Shown: piece after piece, positions 1 through 12,200 of the stretch
Position numbering within the stretch: the first letter of the stretch is position 1
Layout: each line of letters starts with the position of its first letter
Assembly (NCBI GenBank): GCA_964016885.1
Contig: OZ024740.1
Location: 50,282,001 to 50,346,000 of the forward strand
Source: Eledone cirrhosa
Taxonomy: Eukaryota
Reading direction: 5' to 3'
Length of the DNA: 64,000 nucleotides
Notes under the pieces: model-generated
Databases searched by the model: none
Told to the model about the DNA's origin: nothing
The model's input: the letters and a program-made list of their open reading frames with translations, nothing else
Made by a program: the position numbers and the translations under genes

Positions 1-122
1 TCGATTTCCACTCTTAGCTTCTGTCACGCGGGCCCATCCAACGGCTTTGGCCCCCTCATTACTTAGAGCACGTATTTTACTTCGAATGACGCAGCCTTCG
101 TGCTTTGCATCGAAAAACTGGT

Positions 123-1112
123 TCAAGGCCGTCCTCGAAGCCAGCACTCTTCGCTCTTGATTGCCTCTTCTAATTTACCTGTTAATTCTTTCTCGTTCCT
201 ATTCCTATCGGCAGCTAACATCTTGCTATAACTTATTGATTCTGTTCTAATCTCTCTTTTGAGAGATGCCCACCATCGGTTGTTGACGATTGCACCCGTC
301 AACCTCTCCTTAACTAATCTGCTAATCCGGTTTCTGTAAGTCTCTTTTGCCGGTAAGGACAAATTAAGTTTCCAGTAACCGGGACCCTGTCTATGTGTTT
401 TCTCGAGATTGACCACGCAGGTCACTAATTTGTGATCCGTGTAGCCAACCGTGCGCATTTCTGGACAGCTTAATATGTCCCTATCCTTACTTCTAACTAA
501 GAATCTATCTAAGTACGATCTAGATTGACCACTGTGGTTTCTCCAAGTCCAGGTAGGCACAGTTGGAAAATCTAGTCGATATCTATCGACCAAGTTAAAA
601 CGGTCGAGTAACCCCTTGAGGCTGTTACACCCCCCTCTATTAGGACATGCTCCTGCATAGTCCCAACGTGCATCCAGGATGTCATTCCAATCCCCCGCTA
701 GAAGCAGGGAACGCGACGTTCCCAGAAAAGTCTCCAAACGCTGGAAGAAGTCGGGCCGTTCAGCTCTGAAAGGGGAGTAGACGGCGACCAGTCTCAAGGC
801 CGCATTTTCACTACTGCCAACGTCTAGCACCAACAAACGACCCTCCGGGTCCGAGTGCACAACCTGTACGGCAAGACCCAGGTGTTTTTGCAGCAGTACG
901 ACAACCCCACCCCCACCTCCAGGTTGACAGAGAGATGCATGCACCTCAAAGTCATCGAAGGTGGGGGCCAGCTGCCGCACGACGCTGATTCGAGTCTCAC
1001 AGATAACCATTACATTTATACTACATGACCTGAGGTCATTTAGAAGCTTTGCTTGCTTCCAAGTTGAGCCCAGGCCACGTGCATTCAAACATCCTACTCT
1101 TAACACATCCAT
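123..1112 (-). CDS. Copy A ORF2 N-terminus, APE-type endonuclease; frameshifted near 146 by a ~10-nt deletion relative to copy C
   Basis: Motifs CLNARGL, ICETR, AGDWN, SYLDRFL, TDHKLV, GPGYWKLN. Confidence 0.9.
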   Translation of the reverse strand: MDVLRVGCLNARGLGSTWKQAKLLNDLRSCSINVMVICETRISVVRQLAPTFDDFEVHASLCQPGGGGGVVVLLQKHLGLAVQVVHSDPEGRLLVLDVGSSENAALRLVAVYSPFRAERPDFFQRLETFLGTSRSLLLAGDWNDILDARWDYAGACPNRGGCNSLKGLLDRFNLVDRYRLDFPTVPTWTWRNHSGQSRSYLDRFLVRSKDRDILSCPEMRTVGYTDHKLVTCVVNLEKTHRQGPGYWKLNLSLPAKETYRNRISRLVKERLTGAIVNNRWWASLKREIRTESISYSKMLAADRNRNEKELTGKLEEAIKSEECWLRGRP

Positions 1113-1145
1113 GTGGGCGGCAGAGCCAAAGGAGAGTGTAGAGAC

Positions 1146-3049
1146 CTACCTTTCCGCTTCCCGGGGTTCGGGTTGCAAGACTTCCATGGGGTCGGGGGTG
1201 TTGGGTGAAGGGGTGTCTTGTGGTGGTGTGGGGTCGTCAGTGTGTGGTGGGGTTGGGGTGTTTGGAGTTGTGTTGGGGAGGGGAAGGGGAGGGGGAAAGC
1301 TTTTTAGTAGGACGCGGTTTATGGGTTTGACAGAGGGTGGTCCTACGTCCTCCTTAAAATCCTTTTTTAGTTTTTGGTAGAGGTTCATTGGGATCTTTAT
1401 TAGTTTTAAATGTGGGTAGTTTTCTGACGAAACAAAGTTTACACCTTCGGTTTGTACCGAAGGATTATTGTATATGAGTTCATTTAATTTATTATTGTTT
1501 CTGTTGATGTAAGTATAGTGTAATGTCTTTTTTTCCGATGGTGTGAGTGTTTCGAAGAGGGGAGGGGCAGGTTTGGTTTTGTTTGTTGCTGGAGTGGTGT
1601 TTTCTGTTTTGTTGGATTGTGTTGAGATTTGGGTGGGGGTTGTTTGTCCTTGTGTGTTTTGCACATGTTTTCTTTTTTTCCTTTTAATCTGTCTGAAGGA
1701 CTCCGTTTCTTCCTCCGAATTCGTTGGGTTATCTTCAGTGTTGGAGGGAAGAGGTATGTTTGCTGGTAATGTTTCCGTGTTGGTTTTCTTTGTGGGAGAG
1801 ATGGATGTCACTATGTTAGACTGTGTTGTGTGTTGTGTCTGCGGTGGTTGTGTTATTTTATTGAGTGAGAGGTTGGGTGGGCCTGTATTTTGTTTTGGGG
1901 TAATGTGTTGTGACTGTTTGTGTTGTGGTGGTGTTGTGGTTTTACTGAGGGACGGGTTGGGTGGGACTGAGTTTTGTTGTTTGTTTATCTGTTGTGGTGG
2001 TGGTGGTGGAGCTGGTGTTGGTAGCAGGGTTTTCTTTTTGTTGAGTTGGGGACAAGCGGCCTTCAGGTGCCCTCTGCCTGCACAGATATGGCAGGACGGC
2101 CTTCTCCCCTCCACGCTAATGTTTATATACCCGTGGTCCTCTAATAGGATTCTGTCGGGTATTTGGGCGATGCGTTCAGGCTTCATTTGTACTACCAGTT
2201 CTATACCTGTTCCACTGAACGCATTGCCTGTGGTTTTCCCAATGGAAATCACGTTGTCATTCACTGGATCGATGAAGCCAGCTATGAGCCAGCAGTAGTC
2301 CACATCTGGCATCATTGCATCCAGCCATATGCGCTGAGTTCTTTTCCCCATATAAGATGGATAAAAGGTGAAGTTTTTCGAACGAATCGGTGACAAAGCA
2401 CATTTTTTTGCCGCCGATTCGTTCTTCATGATAATTGCTAGGCTTCCATACAGTCTGTCTTTTCTTATGAAAGTTGTTTCATTCAGTACTTCTGTGAGTA
2501 CTGTTTTGATATCTGCTTGAGAAGGCTGTTCAGGTTTTTTTGTACTGTTGTTGATGGTCCGAAACTTGACCGTTCGGCTTTCAATGTCTTTCGTGAATTC
2601 TTGAGGCATTTTTACCGATAAAATACCATTCTCGCCTTCACTTATATATTGTTTGGCGTCCGTGATCCTTCGTACCACATCTGAAATGTTTTCCGCTATA
2701 TAAGTCAAAGATTTCTTTGTTTTCTGTGCAAATGAAATCTTGTCGTCTCCTTTGTTTTCTGATATGGTGTTATTTTCAACTGTTATTTTTTTGTTTGTTG
2801 TGTCTTTGTTTGTGTTATTAGTATTGTCATGCAATTTTTCAAATTTTTTTTTTTTTCGTTGTTGGAATCCAAGTCCAGATTTGTGTTTACGTCATTTAAT
2901 TTTTCCTCCGCAGATTCGTCCGTTTTTATTTTAATTTTTCCTTCCTTCTCTATGACGTTAGTTGGGAAGGAAGGGAGGACTAAAGCGTGCGAGCTTACAA
3001 CTCTTACCGCTGTCCCCCCACCACTATTTTCGTTCGCTGCGTTTAACAT
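1146..3049 (-). CDS. Copy A ORF1 (nucleic-acid-binding, zinc knuckle); probable start ATG 3049 with frameshift in the A-run at ~2843-2857
   Basis: CHICAGRGHLKAAC (CX2CX4HX4C) and Pro/Thr/Gln-rich tail; ORFs 2783-3079 and 1146-2834 overlap next to a homopolymer. Confidence 0.8.
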
Positions 3050-3272
3050 TTCTGTTAGACGATTGAAATTTTTACACAAATTTTTTTAAAACAGGTTTTT
3101 CACCTCTAGGAGGGGTAAAGATGAGCTGACCCACCGCCTGACAGTTCAGACGGAGGGTCAAGCTACACAATTGTATCAAAATTAAGTTTGAACTCACAAA
3201 ATTTCCTCAATAAATTTGAACAAAACTTCTGTGCGAAGTGAATGACATCCACGCTGTAGAACAGACGACAGC

Positions 3273-3360
<88 letters not shown>
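3273..3360. repeat. (TAGA)22 microsatellite between copies A and B
   Basis: Direct reading. Confidence 0.97.
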
Positions 3361-3361
<1 letters not shown>

Positions 3362-3595
3362 TTCTTTATTAGCCACAAGGGCGCAACAAGAAAAGGGGAC
3401 AATACAAAGACATGCCGGGGATTTTACATACAGTCGTGTAAAAAATATAAAAACAAACAATTTCAACAATCGAAATCCCCAATAGGGGGGAGGCGCCACA
3501 AATGGGTTGTTTAATACCCCGTCGATAGAACAACCCTCAACTCCAGGAGCGTGTTGTGCAAGTGCTCCTTTCTTCCTTTTGCTCTCTTCCTCAAC

Positions 3596-6500
3596 CTACA
3601 GGCTTATAAACAGAGAAGGCCCAATCACTCGGGCCATTTTCGCTTCATTCACCCACCTTTCAGTAAATTTACTGGGGCGCAGTGCCTCTCTCTCCACCCT
3701 GATTCTCCTTCTAAAGTGATACTTAAAGAAGGGAATCAATTGTTGTCCGGAGAGAAAGGCATCTGTCCTCAGTCCTCTCAACCTCGTCCACCATATAACT
3801 TCTTTCACCATAGCCACCGTACAGAGGAAAACCGCCTCTCTTTCGTTTTTGAAAGAGTCTGGCGGTTTGATCCTTACTATGGACTCGGCAGTCAACTGGA
3901 TTTGTCCCATACGCGACAGCAGTTGTTCTGCATAGTTCCACAGGTCGCTTACGCCCGGGCAGTGTACAATTGCGTGCAGAACTGTTTCAATGTCCTGCGC
4001 ACATCTTGGACACGTCCTCTTGGAAGGATCCCTGCCAGGGCGTCCGTGCCTGTAGATCTTGTCACGAACCGGTAGAGCTCCTCGGTAGCACTGCCAGGCC
4101 AGGGACCTCTGAAAGCTGTCCATAGGTCCCGGGCAGAAAGTCCTACCAAACAGACTGGTGAGCTCATCGTCTTCGACGCCCAGAGTCTCTCCGAGCACGT
4201 CGTCGCCCTTGTAACATACAATCCCTCTATAGAATGTCGAAGTGGAGTCTCCACTGATTGCTGCGCCCGCTTGCCAGAGGACTGTAAGCGCCTGAGCGCA
4301 TTCAATGTGCCAGGTGCCCATCGTTTTCGGTCTTCTCTTGACCCAGGACTGCAGCTCCATCAGCGAGACGAGTTGTGGGAAAGCCTGTCTCACAAACGGT
4401 GCCCACACCGGTTGGGGGTCGGTGAGGAATACCTGGAGATGCCGCAGCCTCAGCGCATGTTTGCGCATCATCAGCCACGGCATTCCCAGCCCTCCGTTGG
4501 AAGGGTGCTGACAGCAGACGGATCTCCTCACCAGCGGAGCCTGCTTCTTCCACAGAAACTGGAAGAGCATGCGTTCCATCTTGGCGAAGTGTTCACGGGG
4601 ACAAGGCACGACAGTCAAGCGGTAGTAGATGACGGACGCTATGAAAGTGTTCGCCACCTCCGCTCGACCTTTCAAGGACAGTTTGCACTCTGCCCACTTC
4701 TGAGTGAGTGCAAACACCTTGGCCGTGACCTCGTTCCAGTTTTTCTCCACCTGGAGGTCTGGACCGAACCATACCCCGAGCAATTTCACCGGTTCGTCCG
4801 TCCAGCGTCCAACGACGCTGTCGGATGTCATCGGTTTGCCTCTCCACGTACCGAGTTGCAAACCGACAGACTTGTCTGGGTTTAGTTTTGCTCCCGTCAG
4901 CGTTTCGTATTCTTTCAGTAAGTTGTCGATCACCCCGATTTCCGAGGTGCTCGACACCATTACCGTTACGTCGTCGGCATAAGCCGACGCCGCTTTGCGC
5001 AGTCCCGGTTCTAGGGGGACGCCCTGCAACAGCTCCAATTTCCGCAGTAGTGGCTCTAGAGTCAATACATACAGAATGGAGGAGAGAGGGCATCCCTGTC
5101 GAATGGAACGCGTGATTGCGAACGGCTCCGATAGGTAGCCGTTCACCTTGACCCTCGAGCAGATGCTGGTGTGCATCGCCTCGATCCATCCTCTGAACAC
5201 GGGACCGAAACCGGCCGCCTTGAGAACCACTTCCAAGTATCGATGGTCGACCCTATCGAATGCCTTAGACTGATCCAAGTTGATCAGAGTCCCACCGAAG
5301 CCGGGTTTACTACCCACCCTCTCTATGATGTATCGCATGAGGTGGAGGTTGTCGTGTATGGACCTGGTCGGGATTGCACACGTTTGCTCTTTCCCTACCA
5401 GGTTCTCGACGACAAGCGCCAACCTCGTCGCTAGCACCTTGGCCAAAATCTTTAACTCTGTGTTGAGCAGAGTTATGGGCCTGAAGTTGTTAATTTCCTC
5501 CCCTTGTTCTCGTCTTTCCTGATCAGCGTTACTACGCCCTTGCCTGCAGAACTGTGAATTCTCCCGTTCTGCTGCCAATTGCAGTAGACGGCTTCGAGGA
5601 CGCCAGAGAACAAGTCCGGCATGCCTATGTAAAATTCGTAGGGTAGACCATCTAGACTGGGTGACTTGCGCTTCCCGCAGCGGCCCAGAGCGTCCCGTAT
5701 CTCAGTGTCCGTGATCGGTCTTTCGCAGAACTCGGCGTCCGTGTTTGAGAGACGCGGCAGGCCGTCGAGGTATGAACTAAAGTTCATTGCCCTGTTCGGC
5801 TCACCGTCGTTCTGTTCAAACAGTCGTGCAAAGTGCCGTTGAAAGGCCGCGCACATTTGCTTGGGGTCAAGTAGCACGCGTCCGTTTTGGTCTTTCAAAG
5901 ACCGAATCGTGGACTTGTTGCCACTTTTTGCCTCCGCCACTCGGGCCCAGCTGACAGCTTTCGCTCCTTCGTTTCCTAGAGCACGTGTTTTGCTTCTGAC
6001 CATGCAGCCTTCGTGTTTCGCATCGAAGAACTGGTCCAGTGCCGTTCTCGACGCTAACACTCTAGCCGCGTTGCCACTTCTAAGTGCCTCCTCTACCTTG
6101 GCTACTAGTTCTCTTTCTATTCTGTTTTTCTCTAAGGCTAACTCTCTGCTATACCCTATCGATTCTATTCTAATTGCTTTCTTGAGATAGTACCACCATC
6201 TATTGTTGACGATGGCTCCCGTTAACTGTTGCTTGACTAGTCTACTTATCCGTTCACTGTAAGCTTTACGTGCCGGCAACGACACGTTCAGCTTCCAGTA
6301 TCCGGGACCCTGTCTATGTATTCTATCACGGTTGACTAAGCAGACGACTAACTTGTGATCTGAATAGGCAATCATGTGCATTCGTGGACAGCTTAACATC
6401 TCCTTGTCCCTTTCTCTAATGAAGAACCTATCTAAATACGATCTAGATGTCCCACTGCGGTTTACCCACGTCCACTGTGGTGCAGTCGGGAAATCCAGTC

Positions 6501-7040
6501 GATACCTATCGGCCAGTTGGAATTGGCCGATTAAAATTTTGAGGCTGTTGCACCCCGCTCTACTGGGACATGCTCCCACATAGTCCCATCGTGCATCTAG
6601 GATACCATTCCAGTCCCCCACTAAAAGTAAGGAGCGAGACGTTCCCAGAAAAGACTCTAGACGCTTAAAGAAGTCTGGCCGTGATTGCGATTGCCCGGTC
6701 GGGGCATAAACGGCCACCAGTCTGAAGGCTCCACCTCCGATACTGTTCACGTCTAGGACCACCAGTCTACCCTCCGAGTCCAAGTGTACTTGCTGTACTC
6801 CGACGTCCAGGTTCTTCCGAAACATAACAGCCACTCCCCTCCACCTCCTGGCTGACAGAGAGATGCGTAGATCTCAAAGTCGTCGAAGATGGGGGTTAGT
6901 TGCTGCCTGTTGTGGATCCTGGACTCGGTGATGGCTATCACATCCATACTGTGTGACCTAATGTCGTTTAAAAGTTGGCCCTGTTTCCAGGGCATCCCTA
7001 GGCCACGCACATTCACGGTTCCAACTCGTAAACCAGCCAT
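3596..7040 (-). pseudogene. Copy B ORF2 (EN-RT-CCHC) with two frameshifts (~6835 and ~5480)
   Basis: APE motifs; RT motifs FRPITLLN, LDQSKAFDRV, RQGCPLS, YADD; C-terminal CPRC..ETVLHAIVHC. Confidence 0.9.
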
Positions 7041-7671
7041 GTTGGTGAAGAAAAGTTGGAGAAAAAGGACGAAAGCTGCACTTACCTTTTCGTTTCCTGG
7101 AGATCGGGTTGTTCAATCTCCATTTGGGTGCTGGATGGGGTGTTGGGTGGGGTGGGGAAACCTTTCAACAGGACGCGGTTGATGGGTTTGTGGCAGGGGT
7201 TGCCCACGTCCTGTGAAAATTTAATTTTTAGGCTTTATAGGTTTCCATAGAATCCCTTATAAGTTTAAGGTGTGGAGACGATTCTGCCTTGATGAAAGTT
7301 TTGCCCTCCGTCTCCACCTTGGGGTTTTGGGAGATGACCTCCATCAAACTCTTGTTGTTTGTGTTGATGTATGCGTATTGTTGTTTGTGTTTTTGTTGTG
7401 TTGTTTTAGTTTGTTGTTCATCTGGGAGTTTTCTTTTTATGGTGGGTGCTTGTGTTTGGGGTGGTGTTGGTGCTGGTTTTGCTGATAGGGGGATGTTTGA
7501 CTGTGGTGTTGTTTGTGTTGTTGTTTGTGTCTGTGGTTGTGTGTTGGTGTTGGTGATTGGAGTTTTGGGGGTTTTGTGGTGTCTCTTTTTTGTTTTTTAG
7601 ATTTCCGCGGTTCTCCCTCTTCTTCACTTAAAGAAGGAGCAGCAGCTTCATCCGTCGATGAATAATCATCG

Positions 7672-8964
7672 TCAGGTGTGTGGGGTAAGGGTATGTTGTG
7701 TGGTGGTGGTGGTGTTTCGGTATGTGTGTTTGTGGTAGTGTTTGATGGAGTGGGATGGAGTGGGGATGTGTTCTTCAGGGGTGTTGTCTCTATTTTTTCT
7801 GTTGTTGTTGGTTGAGTGTCTGTTTGTTTTGGTGTGGTTGCTCGTTTCGTCTGTCGTTGTACTTGTGGTGGCGGTGGTGGTGGTGGTTGTTTTGGTGTTG
7901 GTGTTGGTAATAGCGTTTTTTTTTATGATGTTGTTGTTGTGTGTTTGTGGACAAGAGGCTTTTAGGTGAGCTGTGCTACCACAGCGAAAGCAATGAAATT
8001 TTCGTCCTTCTACCGAAATGTTTATTTTGTTGTTATTATCAATAACGACTCTTTCGGGTATTTTGGAGATTCTCTCCGGTTTCATTTGCAACAGAATCTC
8101 CAAATCTGTGCCCGCCCACCTTTGTCGAATAGATTTTCGTATCGAAAGTATTATGTCTGTTTCTGGCTCTACGAAGCCAGCCAAGATCCACCATATGTTA
8201 ATGCTTGGAGGTATGTTTTTTATTTTTATTTTTTGTGTCCTTTTCCCCATGTATGTAGGGAAAAAGGTGTATGCTTTTGACACTATTGGTGTCACAGAGT
8301 TTTTTTGGGCGAGTGCCTCGCTTTTAAACAGTACGGAAACACTTCCGTACTGTTTTCCTCGCTGGAGAAAATCGACATTTGCTAGAATTTCCTTGAAAGA
8401 ATCTTCTATATCTGCTTGATTAACAAATGTCGGTTTTCTTGACGAATTTGACACAGTCCTAAAAGTGACTGATCGGCGGTTTGTGTCTTCCTTTATTTCA
8501 AGGGGTGAGTTAATTCTAAACCCACCTCTTTCTTCGAAAGTTACAAATTTTCTCCCTTGCTGGAGCATATCTCTTGCGTTGGAGATATCAAGATTTATAA
8601 AATCTTGTTTCTTGTTCACTGTGTCAGCGAAAGACATTTTCTTTTTTTGTGTGGTGTTGATGATGATGTTATCGTTGTTGGAAACTTTATGTGTAGATGT
8701 ATCTGTAGAGTTGTTGATGTCTTTTTCATGTGTATGTATGTCAATGGGTTTTTTTGCTGTGTTTTCCTGTGTGTTATTGTCATTTTTCTCCGCTTCGGCG
8801 GTAGAAATTGTACAATTTTCAAATGTTGATATATTTTTTTCTTTTGTGACAGTTGTATCTATGGCGACGTCCATAGCAGCAGAAGCAGATATAACGTTAA
8901 TATCTGCCTCTTTCTCTCTCTTTTCTCTGTCGACGTTCTCCAGCGTTCCCTTCGTGTTATTCAT
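7672..8964 (-). CDS. Copy B ORF1 (zinc knuckle), 3' part broken
   Basis: CFRCGSTAHLKASC; shares FFPTYMGKRTQ and LQMKPERI blocks with copy A ORF1. Confidence 0.8.
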   Translation of the reverse strand: MNNTKGTLENVDREKREKEADINVISASAAMDVAIDTTVTKEKNISTFENCTISTAEAEKNDNNTQENTAKKPIDIHTHEKDINNSTDTSTHKVSNNDNIIINTTQKKKMSFADTVNKKQDFINLDISNARDMLQQGRKFVTFEERGGFRINSPLEIKEDTNRRSVTFRTVSNSSRKPTFVNQADIEDSFKEILANVDFLQRGKQYGSVSVLFKSEALAQKNSVTPIVSKAYTFFPTYMGKRTQKIKIKNIPPSINIWWILAGFVEPETDIILSIRKSIRQRWAGTDLEILLQMKPERISKIPERVVIDNNNKINISVEGRKFHCFRCGSTAHLKASCPQTHNNNIIKKNAITNTNTKTTTTTTATTSTTTDETSNHTKTNRHSTNNNRKNRDNTPEEHIPTPSHSIKHYHKHTYRNTTTTTQHTLTPHT

Positions 8965-9180
8965 GTTTTATAGTTGGCAAAATTTGATATTTTAAAAGAA
9001 TTTTTAAATTAAATGTTCGCCCCTAAAGGGGCGAAAAATGGGATTACCACCCAGCTGACAATTCAGCTTGGGGGTTAATCTACAAAGTGTTGTATTTTTT
9101 CAAACAATTAGATCGGTTTTTTGCATAGAAATTAACAAAAAACTTACCGGCGATGTTCAACACGTCAGACAGAAAGAGAG

Positions 9181-9194
9181 ATAGATAGATAGAC

Positions 9195-9251
<57 letters not shown>

Positions 9252-9273
9252 TATAGATAGATAGATAGATAGA
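9181..9273. repeat. Imperfect (ATAG)n microsatellite between copies B and C
   Basis: Direct reading, ~23 units with variants. Confidence 0.95.
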
Positions 9274-12200
9274 TTTCTTTATTTACCATAAAGGCATAAA
9301 AAGAAGGGACAAATACAAAGGGGGAGTTTACATAAAACAGAGTAAAAAGGGTATAAAATGAAAATATTCGAAAACAACCTCAAAAGGGAGGGGACGTGAT
9401 GGGAGTTGCACACACCCCCGAAAAAGTGTGCAATCCTTTGCCCGGGGAGCACATGGAGAAGGTGCTCCCCTCTCCTTCACTTCTTTACCTACAGGATGGT
9501 ATACAGAGAAGGCCCATTTACACGAGCCATTCTCGCCACTATCACCCACCTTTCATAAAACTGTCTGTGGCCAAGCACCTCTCTCTCCATTCTTATCCTT
9601 CTTCCGAAGTGATATCGGAAGAAGTAGACCAGACTATGGCCAGAGAGGAAGTTGCCTGACCTCAGACCTTTCAATCGTGTCCACCAAACAACCTCTTTCA
9701 ACATGGCTATTACGCACAGAAAAATCGCCTTTGCTTCCTTTGTGAAGAGGGGAGGCGGCTTGATTGTCATCACGGACTCGGCGATCAATCGAATCGGCGC
9801 CACCCGCGACAGCAGTCGTTCGGCGTAGCCCCACAGATCAGCCACGCCCGGACATTGCACCAATGCGTGCGCAACGGTTTCTTCGTGACGCACGCATCTA
9901 GGGAAAATCTTTTTCGAGGGATCCCTGCCCGGGCGCCCGTGTCTGTAGAGCCTTTCTCGAACGGGTAGAGCCCCCCGGTAGCACTGCCAGGCTAGTGACT
10001 TCTGGAAGTTGTCCATTGGTCCCGGGCCGAAAGTCCTACCGAACAGGCTGGCCAGCTCGTCCTCTTCCATGTCCAGCGACTCTCCAAGGGTGTCATCGCC
10101 CCTGCTAGCCACCAGCCCTCTATAGAATGACGAGGTGGATTCTCCACCGATGGCCGGGTCCGCTTGCCAGAGAGCCCTGAGCGCCTGGGCACACTCAGTG
10201 TGCCAGTCTCCCAGTTTTCCGGATCTTTGCTTGACCCAGGACTGCAGCTCGGTGAGCGAGACGAGTCTCGGAAAGGCTCGTTTCACGAACGGAGCCCACG
10301 CCGGTTGACCAGTGAGGAATACCTGTAGGTGCCGTAGCCTTAATGCGTGCCTACGCATCATCAACCACGGCATCCCCAGCCCTCCTTTCGAAGGTTGTTG
10401 GCAGCAGATGGATCTTCTCACCATAGGAGGGCGCTTCTTCCAAAGAAATTGAAAGAGCATGCGTTCCATGGTGGTGAGTGTTTCCTTAGGGCAAGGCACG
10501 ACAGTCAGGCGGTAGTAAGTGACGGACGCTATGTAAATGTTCGCCACCTCCGCCCGACCTTTTAGGGACAGCTTACACTTGGCCCATTTCTGGGTTAGTG
10601 CAAACACCTTGTTCGTAACCTCGCCCCAGTTCTTTTCCCCCTGGAGGTCCGGTCCAAACCAGACCCCAAGCAACTTCACCGGGCCCTCCGTCCAGTGTCC
10701 GACGACACCGTCGGGAGGCATCGGTCTGCCTCTCCACGTTCCGAGTTGCAGCCCGATGGATTTTTCCCGGTTCAGTTTCGCTCCTGACAACCTTTCGTAT
10801 TCCTCCAGTAAGGTACCGATCGCCTCGATCTCAGAGTCGGTCGATACCATTACTGTTACGTCATCGGCGTAGGCCGACACCGCTTTGCTCAATCCTGGTT
10901 CCAGGGGGATACCCTGCAACAACTCCAACTTCCTCAGTAAAGGCTCGAGAGTCAATACGTACAGAAGGGAGGAGAGAGGGCACCCCTGTCGAATGGATCA
11001 TGTGATTTCGAACGGCTTCGAAAGGTAGCCGTTCACCTTGATCCTAGAACAGATGCGGTTGCTATGTAAGGCAGTGATCCAGCCTCTGAAAACAGGACCG
11101 AACCCAGCCGCCGCTAGCACCGCATCCAGGTAACCATGGTCAACCCTATCGAACGCCTTAAACTGATCCAAGTTGATCAGGGCCCCACCGAAGCCGGGTT
11201 TGTTGCCAACCCTCTCTATGATGTATCGCATGAGGTAGAGGTTGTCGTGAATGAACCTGGATGGGATAGCAGATGTCTGCGCATCTCCCACCAGGCCACC
11301 CACGACAAGCGCCAACCTCTTTGCTAACACCTTGGCCAAAATCTTTAACTCTGTGTTTAGCAGGGTTATGGGCCGAAAATTATTTATACTATCCTCCTTG
11401 TTCTCGTCCTTCCTCACCAGCGAGACTACGCCCTTGGCTACAGAACAAGGAATTCTCCATTTCTGCTGCCAATTGCAGTAGACTGCTTCGAGGAGTTCGG
11501 AGAATAAGACCGGCATTGCTAAATAAAGTTCGTAAGGTATACCATCGAGACCTGGAGATTTGCGTCTGCTGCATTGGCTCAGCGCATCCCCGATCTCATC
11601 AGCCGAGATTGGTCCCTCGCAGGACTCTGCCTCTTTGCTCGAGAGACGCGGCAGGCCGTCGAGGTATGGACCGAAATCCACGTCCCCGCCCAGACCCTCG
11701 CCTCCCCCGAACAATCGGGCAAAGTGCCTTTGAAAGGCCTCGCACATCTGCTTAGGCTCCCGGATCACCCGTCCATCCTCGTCTTGCAAAGACCGGATGG
11801 TGGATCGATTTCCACTCTTAGCTTCTGTCACGCGGGCCCAGCCAACGGCTTTGGCCCCCTCATTACCTAGAGCACGTATTTTACTTCGAATGACGCAGCC
11901 TTCGTGCTTTGCATCGAAAAACTGGCTCAAGGCCGTCCTCGATGCCAGCACTCTGGCCACATCTTCGCTCTTGATTGCCTCTTCTAATTTACCTGTTAAT
12001 TCTTTCTCGTTCCTATTCCTATCGGCAGCTAACATCTTGCTATAACTTATTGATTCTGTGTTAATCTCTCTTTTGAGAGATGCCCACCATCGGTTGTTGA
12101 CGATTGCACCCGTCAACCTCTCCTTAACTAATCTGCTAATCCGGTTTCTGTAAGTCTCTTTTGCCGGTAAAGACAAATTAAGTTTCCAGTAACCGGGACC

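Larger units (their letters stand above)
1..3272 (-). mobile_element. Tx1/L1-clade non-LTR retrotransposon copy A (5' part; runs off window)
   Basis: 5'UTR abuts (TAGA)22; gag-like ORF1 with CCHC knuckle, then ORF2 starting with an APE endonuclease. Confidence 0.9.
3361..9175 (-). mobile_element. Full-length (~5.8 kb) Tx1/L1-clade copy B, divergent subfamily, disrupted
   Basis: ORF1 from 8964 (CFRCGSTAHLKASC); ORF2 7040-3596 in three frames; 3' end AATAAAGAAA directly followed by (TCTA)n. Confidence 0.92.

Noticed and set aside
3163-3499. ORFs with (IYLS)n repeats, also 9080-9289
   Set aside because: Translation of the (TCTA)n microsatellite
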